Source: Auanema rhodensis
Taxonomy: Eukaryota; Animalia; Nematoda
Assembly (NCBI GenBank): GCA_964057225.1
Contig: OZ059900.1
Location: forward strand, 7,378,001 to 7,442,000
Direction: 5' to 3'
DNA length: 64,000 nt
Part shown: positions 14,960-29,900 of the stretch, piece by piece
How positions within the stretch are numbered: position 1 is the stretch's first letter
Layout of the letters: each line of letters opens with the position of its first letter
The notes under the pieces: model-generated
Database searches by the model: none
What the model saw: only the letters and a program-made list of their open reading frames with translations
Told to the model about the DNA's origin: nothing
Program-made: the position numbers and the translations under genes

Positions 14960-17900
14960 GGATTCATAAACTTTGACTATTTTTACATATATATGTTCAA
15001 TTTTAACCACTTTGGTCAAAAAGGACCGAAAATATCAAGAATTATTGGTTTTTTGGGGTTTGAAGGGCATTTTGGCAAAATCAGTCAAACTTTTGATCTT
15101 AAGCATATTTTTTTCTTCTAAAACGACTAAATGTATGAAATACTGTCATAGAATGTTCATATAGGTGTATTTTGCACGAATATCAAAACTGATTGAAATA
15201 TGGGCCTTTTTATGTTCAAAACGCCATATATTCAACGATTTTGGGTACAAAACATGTGAAAACTGTATGTTTTGATCAGACCCTTTGAGATATGGATTTG
15301 AAATTCAGGATTCATAAACTTTGACTATTTTCACATATATATGTCCAATTTTAACCACTTTGGTCAAAAAGGACCGAAAATATCAAGAATTATTGGTTTT
15401 TTGGGGATTGAAGGGCATTTTGGCAAAATCAGTCAAACTTTTGATCTTAAGCATATTTTTTTCTTCTAAAACGACTAAATGTATGAAATACTGTCATAGA
15501 ATGTTCATATAGGTGTATTTTGCACGAATATCAAAACTGATTGAAATATGGGCCTTTTTATGCTCAAAACGCCATATATTCAACGATTTTGGGTACAAAA
15601 CATGTGAAAACTGTATGTTTTGATCAGACCCTTTGAGATATGGATTTGAAATTCAGGATTCATAAACTTTGACTATTTTTACATATATATGTTCAATTTT
15701 AACCACTTTGGTCAAGAAGGACCGAAAATATCAAGAATTATTGGTTTTTTGGGGTTTGAAGGGCATTTTGGCAAAATCAGTCAAACTTTTGATCTTAAGC
15801 ATATTTTTTTCTTCTAAAACGACTAAATGTATGAAATACTGTCATAGAATGTTTATATAAGTGTATTTTGCACGAATATCAAAACTGATTGAAATATGGG
15901 CCTTTTTATGCTCAAAACGCCATATATTCAACGATTTTGGGTACAAAACATGTGAAAACTGTATGTTTTGATCAGACCCTTTGAGATATGGATTTGAAAT
16001 TCAGGATTCATAAACTTTGACTATTTCTACATATATATGTCCAATTTTAACCACTTTGGTCAAAAAGGACCGAAAATATCAAGAATTATTGGTTTTTCGG
16101 GGTTTGAAGGGCATTTTGGCAAAATCAGTCAAACTTTTGATCTTAAGCATATTTTTTCTTCTAAAACGACTAAATGTATGAAATACTGTCAAAGAATGTT
16201 CATATAGGTGTATTTTGCACGAATACCAAAACTGATTGAAATATGGGCCTTTTTATGCTCAAAACGCCATATATTCAACGATTTTGGGTACAAAACATGT
16301 GAAAACTGTATGTTTTGATCAGACCCTTAGAGATATGGATTTGAAATTCAGGATTCATAAACTTAAACTATTTTCACATATATATGTTCAATTTTAACCA
16401 CTTTGGTCAAAAAGGACCGAAAATATCAAGAATTATTGGTTTTTTGGGGTTTGAAGGACATTTTGGCTAAATCAGTCAAACTTTTGATCTTAAGCATATT
16501 TTTTTCTTCTAAAACGACTAAATGTATGAAATACTGTCATAGAATGTTCATATAGGTGTATTTTGCACGAATATCAAAACTGATTGAAATATGGGCCTTT
16601 TTATGCTCAAAACGCCATATATTCAACGATTTTGGGTACAAAACATGTGAAAACTGTATGTTTTGATCAGACCCTTCGAGATATGGATTTGAAATCCAGG
16701 ATTCATAAACTTTGACTATTTTTACATATATATGTCCAATTTCAACCACTTTGGTCAAAAAGGACCGAAAATATCAAGAATTATTGGTTTTTTGGGGTTT
16801 GAAGGGCATTTTGGCAAAATCAGTCAAACTTTTGATCTTAAGCATATTTTTTTCTTCTAAAACGACTAAATGTATGAAATACTGTCATAGAATGTTCATA
16901 TAGGTGTATTTTGCACGAATATCAAAACTGATTGAAATATGGGCCTTTTTATGCTCAAAACGCCATATATTCAACGATTTTGGGTACAAAACATGTGAAA
17001 ACTGTATGTTTTGATCAGACCCTTTGAGATATGGATTTGAAATTCAGGATTCATAAACTTAAACTATTTTCACATATATATGTTCAATTTTAACCACTTT
17101 GGTCAAAAAGGACCGAAAATATCAAGAATTATTGTTTTTTTGGGGTTTGAAGGGCATTTTGGCAATATCAGTCAAACTTTTGATCTTAAGCATATTTTTT
17201 TCTTCTAAAACGACTAAATGTATGAAATACTGTCATAGAATGTTCATATAGGTGTATTTTGCACGAATATCAAAACTGATTGAAATATGGGCCTTTTTAT
17301 GCTCAAAACGCCATATATTCAACGATTTTGGGTACAAAACATGTGAAAACTGTATGTTTTGATCAGACCCTTTGAGATATGGATTTGAAATTCAGGATTC
17401 ATAAACTTCGACTATTTTAACATATATATGTTCAATTTTAACCACTTTGGTCAAAAAGGACCGAAAATATCAAGAATTATTGGTTTTTTGGGGTTTGAAG
17501 GGCATTTTGGCTAAATCAGTCAAACTTTTGATCTTAAGCATATTTTTTTCTTCTAAAACGACTAAATGTATGAAATACTGTCATAGAATGTTCATATAGG
17601 TGTATTTTGCACGAATATCAAAACTGATTGAAATATGGGCCTTTTTATGCTCAAAACGCCATATATTCAACGATTTTGGGTACAAAACATGTGAAAACGG
17701 TATGTTTTGATCAGACCCTTTGAGATATGGATTTGAAATTCAGGATTCATAAATTTCGACTATTTGTACATATATATGTCCAATTTTAACCACTTTGGTC
17801 AAAAAGGACCGAAAATATCAAGAATTATTGGTTTTTTGGGGTTTGAAGGGCATTTTGGCAAAATCAGTCAAACTTTTGATCTTAAGCATATTTTTTTCTT

Positions 17901-20900
17901 CTAAAACGACTAAATGTATGAAATACTGTCAAAGAATGTTCATATAGGTGTATTTTGCACGAATATCAAAACTGATTGAAATATGGGCCTTTTTATGCTC
18001 AAAACGCCATATATTCAACGATTTTGGGTACAAAACATGTGAAAACTGTATGTTTTGATCAGACCCTTTGAGATATGGATTTAAAATTCAGGATTCATAA
18101 AATTCGACTATTTTTACATATATATGTCCAATTTTAACCACTTTGGTCAAAAAGGACCGAAAATATCAAGAATTATTGGTTTTTTGGGGTTTGAAGGGCA
18201 TTTTGGCAAAATCAGTCAAACTTTTGATCTTAAGCATATTTTTTTCTTCTAAAACGACTAAATGTATGAAATACTGTCATAGAATGTTCATATAGGTGTA
18301 TTTTGCACGAATATCAAAACTGATTGAAATATGGGCCTTTTTATGCTCAAAACGCCATATATTCAACGATTTTGGGTACAAAACATGTGAAAACTGTATG
18401 TTTTGATCAGACCCTTTGAGATATGGATTTGAAATTCAGGATTCATAAACTTCGACTATTTCTACATATATATGTCCAATTTTAACCACTTTGGTCAAAA
18501 AGGACCGAAAATATCAAGAATTATTGGTTTTTTGGGGTTTGAAGGGCATTTTGGCAATATCAGTCAAACTTTTGATCTTAAGCATATTTTTTTTTCTAAA
18601 ACGACTAAATGTATGAAATACTGTCAAAGAATGTTCATATAGGTGTATTTTGCACGAATATCAAAACTGATTGAAATATGGGCCTTTTTATGCTCAAAAC
18701 GCCATATATTCAACGATTTTGGGTACAAAACATGTGAAAACTGTATGTTTTGATCAGACCCTTTGAGATATGGATTTGAAATTCAGGATTCATAAACTTT
18801 GACTATTTTTACATATATATGTTCAATTTTAACCACTTTGGTCAAAAAGGACCGAAAATATCAAGAATTATTGGTTTTTTGGGGTTTGAAGGGCATTTTG
18901 GCAAAATCAGTCAAACTTTTGATCTTAAGCATATTTTTTTCTTCTAAAACGACTAAATGTATGAAATACTGTCATAGAATGTTCATATAGGTGTATTTTG
19001 CACGAATATCAAAACTGATTGAAATATGGGCCTTTTTATGTTCAAAACGCCATATATTCAACGATTTTGGGTACAAAACATGTGAAAACTGTATGTTTTG
19101 ATCAGACCCTTTGAGATATGGATTTGAAATTCAGGATTCATAAACTTTGACTATTTTTACATATATATGTCCAATTTTAACCACTTTGGTCAAAAAGGAC
19201 CGAAAATATCAAGAATTATTGGTTTTTTGGGGATTGAAGGGCATTTTGGCAAAATCAGTCAAACTTTTGATCTTAAGCATATTTTTTTCTTCTAAAACGA
19301 CTAAATGTATGAAATACTGTCATAGAATGTTCATATAGGTGTATTTTGCACGAATATCAAAACTGATTGAAATATGGGCCTTTTTATGCTCAAAACGCCA
19401 TATATTCAACGATTTTGGGTACAAAACATGTGAAAACTGTATGTTTTGATCAGACCCTTTGAGATATGGATTTGAAATTCAGGATTCATAAACTTTGACT
19501 ATTTTTACATATATATGTTCAATTTTAACCACTTTGGTCAAGAAGGACCGAAAATATCAAGAATTATTGGTTTTTTGGGGTTTGAAGGGCATTTTGGCAA
19601 AATCAGTCAAACTTTTGATCTTAAGCATATTTTTTTCTTCTAAAACGACTAAATGTATGAAATACTGTCATAGAATGTTTATATAAGTGTATTTTGCACG
19701 AATATCAAAACTGATTGAAATATGGGCCTTTTTATGCTCAAAACGCCATATATTCAACGATTTTGGGTACAAAACATGTGAAAACTGTATGTTTTGATCA
19801 GACCCTTTGAGATATGGATTTGAAATTCAGGATTCATAAACTTTGACTATTTTAACATATATATGTTCAATTTTAACCACTTTGGTCAAAAAGGACCGAA
19901 AATATCAAGAATTATTGGTTTTTTGGGGTTTGAAGGGCATTTTGGCTAAATCAGTCAAACTTTTGATCTTAAGCATATTTTTTTCTTCTAAAACGACTAA
20001 ATGTATGAAATACTGTCATGGAATGTTCATATAGGTGTATTTTGCACGAATATCAAAACTGATTGAAATATGGGCCTTTTTATGCTCAAAACGCCATATA
20101 TTCAACGATTTTGGGTACAAAACATGTGAAAACGGTATGTTTTGATCAGACCCTTTGAGATATGGATTTGAAATTCAGGATTCATAAATTTCGACTATTT
20201 GTACATATATATGTCCAATTTTAACCACTTTGGTCAAAAAGGACCGAAAATATCAAGAATTATTGGTTTTTTGGGGTTTGAAGGGCATTTTGGCAAAATC
20301 AGTCAAACTTTTGATCTTAAGCATATTTTTTTCTTCTAAAACGACTAAATGTATGAAATACTGTCAAAGAATGTTCATATAGGTGTATTTTGCACGAATA
20401 TCAAAACTGATTGAAATATGGGCCTTTTTATGCTCAAAACGCCATATATTCAACGATTTTGGGTACAAAACATGTGAAAACTGTATGTTTTGATCAGACC
20501 CTTTGAGATATGGATTTAAAATTCAGGATTCATAAAATTCGACTATTTTTACATATATATGTCCAATTTTAACCACTTTGGTCAAAAAGGACCGAAAATA
20601 TCAAGAATTATTGGTTTTTCGGGGTTTGAAGGGCATTTTGGCAAAATCAGTCAAACTTTTGATCTTAAGCATATTTTTTCTTCTAAAACGACTAAATGTA
20701 TGAAATACTGTCAAAGAATGTTCATATAGGTGTATTTTGCACGAATATCAAAACTGATTGAAATATGGGCCTTTTTATGCTCAAAACGCCATATATTCAA
20801 CGATTTTGGGTACAAAACATGTGAAAACTGTATGTTTTGATCAGACCCTTTGAGATATGGATTTGAAATTCAGGATTCATAAACTTAAACTATTTTCACA

Positions 20901-23900
20901 TATATATGTTCAATTTTAACCACTTTGGTCAAAAAGGACCGAAAATATCAAGAATTATTGGTTTTTTGGGGTTTGAAGGACATTTTGGCTAAATCAGTCA
21001 AACTTTTGATCTTAAGCATATTTTTTTCTTCTAAAACGACTAAATGTATGAAATACTGTCATAGAATGTTCATATAGGTGTATTTTGCACGAATATCAAA
21101 ACTGATTGAAATATGGGCCTTTTTATGCTCAAAACGCCATATATTCAACGATTTTGGGTACAAAACATGTGAAAACTGTATGTTTTGATCAGACCCTTCG
21201 AGATATGGATTTGAAATCCAGGATTCATAAACTTTGACTATTTTTACATATATATGTCCAATTTCAACCACTTTGGTCAAAAAGGACCGAAAATATCAAG
21301 AATTATTGGTTTTTTGGGGTTTGAAGGGCATTTTGGCAAAATCAGTCAAACTTTTGATCTTAAGCATATTTTTTTCTTCTAAAACGACTAAATGTATGAA
21401 ATACTGTCATAGAATGTTCATATAGGTGTATTTTGCACGAATATCAAAACTGATTGAAATATGGGCCTTTTTATGCTCAAAACGCCATATATTCAACGAT
21501 TTTGGGTACAAAACATGTGAAAACTGTATGTTTTGATCAGACCCTTTGAGATATGGATTTGAAATTCAGGATTCATAAACTTAAACTATTTTCACATATA
21601 TATGTTCAATTTTAACCACTTTGGTCAAAAAGGACCGAAATTATCAAGAATTATTGGTTTTTTGGGGTTTGAAGGGCATTTTGGCAATATCAGTCAAACT
21701 TTTGATCTTAAGCATATTTTTTTCTTCTAAAACGACTAAATGTATGAAATACTGTCATAGAATGTTCATATAGGTGTATTTTGCACGAATATCAAAACTG
21801 ATTGAAATATGGGCCTTTTTATGCTCAAAACGCCATATATTCAACGATTTTGGGTACAAAACATGTGAAAACTGTATGTTTTGATCAGACCCTTTGAGAT
21901 ATGGATTTGAAATTCAGGATTCATAAACTTTGACTATTTTAACATATATATGTTCAATTTTAACCACTTTGGTCAAAAAGGACCGAAAATATCAAGAATT
22001 ATTGGTTTTTTGGGGTTTGAAGGGCATTTTGGCTAAATCAGTCAAACTTTTGATCTTAAGCATATTTTTTTCTTCTAAAACGACTAAATGTATGAAATAC
22101 TGTCATAGAATGTTCATATAGGTGTATTTTGCACGAATATCAAAACTGATTGAAATATGGGCCTTTTTATGCTCAAAACGCCATATATTCAACGATTTTG
22201 GGTACAAAACATGTGAAAACGGTATGTTTTGATCAGACCCTTTGAGATATGGATTTGAAATTCAGGATTCATAAATTTCGACTATTTGTACATATATATG
22301 TCCAATTTTAACCACTTTGGTCAAAAAGGACCGAAAATATCAAGAATTATTGGTTTTTTGGGGTTTGAAGGGCATTTTGGCAAAATCAGTCAAACTTTTG
22401 ATCTTAAGCATATTTTTTTCTTCTAAAACGACTAAATGTATGAAATACTGTCAAAGAATGTTCATATAGGTGTATTTTGCACGAATATCAAAACTGATTG
22501 AAATATGGGCCTTTTTATGCTCAAAACGCCATATATTCAACGATTTTGGGTACAAAACATGTGAAAACTGTATGTTTTGATCAGACCCTTTGAGATATGG
22601 ATTTAAAATTCAGGATTCATAAAATTCGACTATTTTTACATATATATGTCCAATTTTAACCACTTTGGTCAAAAAGGACCGAAAATATCAAGAATTATTG
22701 GTTTTTTGGGGTTTGAAGGGCATTTTGGCAAAATCAGTCAAACTTTTGATCTTAAGCATATTTTTTTCTTCTAAAACGACTAAATGTATGAAATACTGTC
22801 ATAGAATGTTCATATAGGTGTATTTTGCACGAATATCAAAACTGATTGAAATATGGGCCTTTTTATGCTCAAAACGCCATATATTCAATGATTTTGGGTA
22901 CAAAACATGTGAAAACTGTATGTTTTGATCAGACCCTTTGAGATATGGATTTGAAATTCAGGATTCATAAACTTCGACTATTTCTACATATATATGTCCA
23001 ATTTTAACCACTTTGGTCAAAAAGGACCGAAAATATCAAGAATTATTGGTTTTTTGGGGTTTGAAGGGCATTTTGGCAATATCAGTCAAACTTTTGATCT
23101 TAAGCATATTTTTTTTTCTAAAACGACTAAATGTATGAAATACTGTCAAAGAATGTTCATATAGGTGTATTTTGCACGAATATCAAAACTGATTGAAATA
23201 TGGGCCTTTTTATGCTCAAAACGCCATATATTCAACGATTTTGGGTACAAAACATGTGAAAACTGTATGTTTTGATCAGACCCTTTGAGATATGGATTTG
23301 AAATTCAGGATTCATAAACTTTGACTATTTTTACATATATATGTTCAATTTTAACCACTTTGGTCAAAAAGGACCGAAAATATCAAGAATTATTGGTTTT
23401 TTGGGGTTTGAAGGGCATTTTGGCAAAATCAGTCAAACTTTTGATCTTAAGCATATTTTTTTCTTCTAAAACGACTAAATGTATGAAATACTGTCATAGA
23501 ATGTTCATATAGGTGTATTTTGCACGAATATCAAAACTGATTGAAATATGGGCCTTTTTATGTTCAAAACGCCATATATTCAACGATTTTGGGTACAAAA
23601 CATGTGAAAACTGTATGTTTTGATCAGACCCTTTGAGATATGGATTTGAAATTCAGGATTCATAAACTTTGACTATTTTTACATATATATGTCCAATTTT
23701 AACCACTTTGGTCAAAAAGGACCGAAAATATCAAGAATTATTGGTTTTTTGGGGATTGAAGGGCATTTTGGCAAAATCAGTCAAACTTTTGATCTTAAGC
23801 ATATTTTTTTCTTCTAAAACGACTAAATGTATGAAATACTGTCATAGAATGTTCATATAGGTGTATTTTGCACGAATATCAAAACTGATTGAAATATGGG

Positions 23901-26900
23901 CCTTTTTATGCTCAAAACGCCATATATTCAACGATTTTGGGTACAAAACATGTGAAAACGGTATGTTTTGATCAGACCCTTTGAGATATGGATTTGAAAT
24001 TCAGGATTCATAAATTTCGACTATTTGTACATATATATGTCCAATTTTAACCACTTTGGTCAAAAAGGACCGAAAATATCAAGAATTATTGGTTTTTTGG
24101 GGTTTGAAGGGCATTTTGGCAAAATCAGTCAAACTTTTGATCTTAAGCATATTTTTTTCTTCTAAAACGACTAAATGTATGAAATACTGTCAAAGAATGT
24201 TCATATAGGTGTATTTTGCACGAATATCAAAACTGATTGAAATATGGGCCTTTTTATGCTCAAAACGCCATATATTCAACGATTTTGGGTACAAAACATG
24301 TGAAAACTGTATGTTTTGATCAGACCCTTTGAGATATGGATTTAAAATTCAGGATTCATAAAATTCGACTATTTTTACATATATATGTCCAATTTTAACC
24401 ACTTTGGTCAAAAAGGACCGAAAATATCAAGAATTATTGGTTTTTTGGGGTTTGAAGGGCATTTTGGCAAAATCAGTCAAACTTTTGATCTTAAGCATAT
24501 TTTTTTCTTCTAAAACGACTAAATGTATGAAATACTGTCATAGAATGTTCATATAGGTGTATTTTGCACGAATATCAAAACTGATTGAAATATGGGCCTT
24601 TTTATGCTCAAAACGCCATATATTCAACGATTTTGGGTACAAAACATGTGAAAACTGTATGTTTTGATCAGACCCTTTGAGATATGGATTTGAAATTCAG
24701 GATTCATAAACTTCGACTATTTCTACATATATATGTCCAATTTTAACCACTTTGGTCAAAAAGGACCGAAAATATCAAGAATTATTGGTTTTTTGGGGTT
24801 TGAAGGGCATTTTGGCAATATCAGTCAAACTTTTGATCTTAAGCATATTTTTTTTTCTAAAACGACTAAATGTATGAAATACTGTCAAAGAATGTTCATA
24901 TAGGTGTATTTTGCACGAATATCAAAACTGATTGAAATATGGGCCTTTTTATGCTCAAAACGCCATATATTCAACGATTTTGGGTACAAAACATGTGAAA
25001 ACTGTATGTTTTGATCAGACCCTTTGAGATATGGATTTGAAATTCAGGATTCATAAACTTTGACTATTTTTACATATATATGTTCAATTTTAACCACTTT
25101 GGTCAAAAAGGACCGAAAATATCAAGAATTATTGGTTTTTTGGGGTTTGAAGGGCATTTTGGCAAAATCAGTCAAACTTTTGATCTTAAGCATATTTTTT
25201 TCTTCTAAAACGACTAAATGTATGAAATACTGTCATAGAATGTTCATATAGGTGTATTTTGCACGAATATCAAAACTGATTGAAATATGGGCCTTTTTAT
25301 GTTCAAAACGCCATATATTCAACGATTTTGGGTACAAAACATGTGAAAACTGTATGTTTTGATCAGACCCTTCGAGATATGGATTTGAAATCCAGGATTC
25401 ATAAACTTTGACTATTTTTACATATATATGTCCAATTTCAACCACTTTGGTCAAAAAGGACCGAAAATATCAAGAATTATTGGTTTTTTGGGGTTTGAAG
25501 GGCATTTTGGCAAAATCAGTCAAACTTTTGATCTTAAGCATATTTTTTTCTTCTAAAACGACTAAATGTATGAAATACTGTCATAGAATGTTCATATAGG
25601 TGTATTTTGCACGAATATCAAAACTGATTGAAATATGGGCCTTTTTATGCTCAAAACGCCATATATTCAACGATTTTGGGTACAAAACATGTGAAAACTG
25701 TATGTTTTGATCAGACCCTTTGAGATATGGATTTGAAATTCAGGATTCATAAACTTAAACTATTTTCACATATATATGTTCAATTTTAACCACTTTGGTC
25801 AAAAAGGACCGAAAATATCAAGAATTATTGGTTTTTTGGGGTTTGAAGGACATTTTGGCTAAATCAGTCAAACTTTTGATCTTAAGCATATTTTTTTCTT
25901 CTAAAACGACTAAATGTATGAAATACTGTCATAGAATGTTCATATAGGTGTATTTTGCACGAATATCAAAACTGATTGAAATATGGGCCTTTTTATGCTC
26001 AAAACGCCATATATTCAACGATTTTGGGTACAAAACATGTGAAAACTGTATGTTTTGATCAGACCCTTCGAGATATGGATTTGAAATCCAGGATTCATAA
26101 ACTTTGACTATTTTTACATATATATGTCCAATTTCAACCACTTTGGTCAAAAAGGACCGAAAATATCAAGAATTATTGGTTTTTTGGGGTTTGAAGGGCA
26201 TTTTGGCAAAATCAGTCAAACTTTTGATCTTAAGCATATTTTTTTCTTCTAAAACGACTAAATGTATGAAATACTGTCATAGAATGTTCATATAGGTGTA
26301 TTTTGCACGAATATCAAAACTGATTGAAATATGGGCCTTTTTATGCTCAAAACGCCATATATTCAACGATTTTGGGTACAAAACATGTGAAAACTGTATG
26401 TTTTGATCAGACCCTTTGAGATATGGATTTGAAATTCAGGATTCATAAACTTAAACTATTTTCACATATATATGTTCAATTTTAACCACTTTGGTCAAAA
26501 AGGACCGAAATTATCAAGAATTATTGGTTTTTTGGGGTTTGAAGGGCATTTTGGCAATATCAGTCAAACTTTTGATCTTAAGCATATTTTTTTCTTCTAA
26601 AACGACTAAATGTATGAAATACTGTCATAGAATGTTCATATAGGTGTATTTTGCACGAATATCAAAACTGATTGAAATATGGGCCTTTTTATGCTCAAAA
26701 CGCCATATATTCAACGATTTTGGGTACAAAACATGTGAAAACTGTATGTTTTGATCAGACCCTTTGAGATATGGATTTGAAATTCAGGATTCATAAACTT
26801 TGACTATTTTAACATATATATGTTCAATTTTAACCACTTTGGTCAAAAAGGACCGAAAATATCAAGAATTATTGGTTTTTTGGGGTTTGAAGGGCATTTT

Positions 26901-29900
26901 GGCTAAATCAGTCAAACTTTTGATCTTAAGCATATTTTTTTCTTCTAAAACGACTAAATGTATGAAATACTGTCATAGAATGTTCATATAGGTGTATTTT
27001 GCACGAATATCAAAACTGATTGAAATATGGGCCTTTTTATGCTCAAAACGCCATATATTCAACGATTTTGGGTACAAAACATGTGAAAACGGTATGTTTT
27101 GATCAGACCCTTTGAGATATGGATTTGAAATTCAGGATTCATAAATTTCGACTATTTGTACATATATATGTCCAATTTTAACCACTTTGGTCAAAAAGGA
27201 CCGAAAATATCAAGAATTATTGGTTTTTTGGGGTTTGAAGGGCATTTTGGCAAAATCAGTCAAACTTTTGATCTTAAGCATATTTTTTTCTTCTAAAACG
27301 ACTAAATGTATGAAATACTGTCAAAGAATGTTCATATAGGTGTATTTTGCACGAATATCAAAACTGATTGAAATATGGGCCTTTTTATGCTCAAAACGCC
27401 ATATATTCAACGATTTTGGGTACAAAACATGTGAAAACTGTATGTTTTGATCAGACCCTTTGAGATATGGATTTGAAATTCAGGATTCATAAACTTCGAC
27501 TATTTCTACATATATATGTCCAATTTTAACCACTTTGGTCAAAAAGGACCGAAAATATCAAGAATTATTGGTTTTTTGGGGTTTGAAGGGCATTTTGGCA
27601 ATATCAGTCAAACTTTTGATCTTAAGCATATTTTTTTTTCTAAAACGACTAAATGTATGAAATACTGTCAAAGAATGTTCATATAGGTGTATTTTGCACG
27701 AATATCAAAACTGATTGAAATATGGGCCTTTTTATGCTCAAAACGCCATATATTCAACGATTTTGGGTACAAAACATGTGAAAACTGTATGTTTTGATCA
27801 GACCCTTTGAGATATGGATTTGAAATTCAGGATTCATAAACTTTGACTATTTTTACATATATATGTTCAATTTTAACCACTTTGGTCAAAAAGGACCGAA
27901 AATATCAAGAATTATTGGTTTTTTGGGGTTTGAAGGGCATTTTGGCAAAATCAGTCAAACTTTTGATCTTAAGCATATTTTTTTCTTCTAAAACGACTAA
28001 ATGTATGAAATACTGTCATAGAATGTTCATATAGGTGTATTTTGCACGAATATCAAAACTGATTGAAATATGGGCCTTTTTATGTTCAAAACGCCATATA
28101 TTCAACGATTTTGGGTACAAAACATGTGAAAACTGTATGTTTTGATCAGACCCTTTGAGATATGGATTTGAAATTCAGGATTCATAAACTTTGACTATTT
28201 TTACATATATATGTCCAATTTTAACCACTTTGGTCAAAAAGGACCGAAAATATCAAGAATTATTGGTTTTTTGGGGATTGAAGGGCATTTTGGCAAAATC
28301 AGTCAAACTTTTGATCTTAAGCATATTTTTTTCTTCTAAAACGACTAAATGTATGAAATACTGTCATAGAATGTTCATATAGGTGTATTTTGCACGAATA
28401 TCAAAACTGATTGAAATATGGGCCTTTTTATGCTCAAAACGCCATATATTCAACGATTTTGGGTACAAAACATGTGAAAACGGTATGTTTTGATCAGACC
28501 CTTTGAGATATGGATTTGAAATTCAGGATTCATAAATTTCGACTATTTGTACATATATATGTCCAATTTTAACCACTTTGGTCAAAAAGGACCGAAAATA
28601 TCAAGAATTATTGGTTTTTTGGGGTTTGAAGGGCATTTTGGCAAAATCAGTCAAACTTTTGATCTTAAGCATATTTTTTTCTTCTAAAACGACTAAATGT
28701 ATGAAATACTGTCAAAGAATGTTCATATAGGTGTATTTTGCACGAATATCAAAACTGATTGAAATATGGGCCTTTTTATGCTCAAAACGCCATATATTCA
28801 ACGATTTTGGGTACAAAACATTTGAAAACTGTATGTTTTGATCAGACCCTTTGAGATATGGATTTAAAATTCAGGATTCATAAAATTCGACTATTTTTAC
28901 ATATATATGTCCAATTTTAACCACTTTGGTCAAAAAGGACCGAAAATATCAAGAATTATTGGTTTTTTGGGGTTTGAAGGGCATTTTGGCAAAATCAGTC
29001 AAACTTTTGATCTTAAGCATATTTTTTTCTTCTAAAACGACTAAATGTATGAAATACTGTCATAGAATGTTCATATAGGTGTATTTTGCACGAATATCAA
29101 AACTGATTGAAATATGGGCCTTTTTATGCTCAAAACGCCATATATTCAACGATTTTGGGTACAAAACATGTGAAAACTGTATGTTTTGATCAGACCCTTT
29201 GAGATATGGATTTGAAATTCAGGATTCATAAACTTCGACTATTTCTACATATATATGTCCAATTTTAACCACTTTGGTCAAAAAGGACCGAAAATATCAA
29301 GAATTATTGGTTTTTTGGGGTTTGAAGGGCATTTTGGCAATATCAGTCAAACTTTTGATCTTAAGCATATTTTTTTTTCTAAAACGACTAAATGTATGAA
29401 ATACTGTCAAAGAATGTTCATATAGGTGTATTTTGCACGAATATCAAAACTGATTGAAATATGGGCCTTTTTATGCTCAAAACGCCATATATTCAACGAT
29501 TTTGGGTACAAAACATGTGAAAACTGTATGTTTTGATCAGACCCTTTGAGATATGGATTTGAAATTCAGGATTCATAAACTTTGACTATTTTTACATATA
29601 TATGTTCAATTTTAACCACTTTGGTCAAAAAGGACCGAAAATATCAAGAATTATTGGTTTTTTGGGGTTTGAAGGGCATTTTGGCAAAATCAGTCAAACT
29701 TTTGATCTTAAGCATATTTTTTTCTTCTAAAACGACTAAATGTATGAAATACTGTCATAGAATGTTCATATAGGTGTATTTTGCACGAATATCAAAACTG
29801 ATTGAAATATGGGCCTTTTTATGTTCAAAACGCCATATATTCAACGATTTTGGGTACAAAACATGTGAAAACTGTATGTTTTGATCAGACCCTTTGAGAT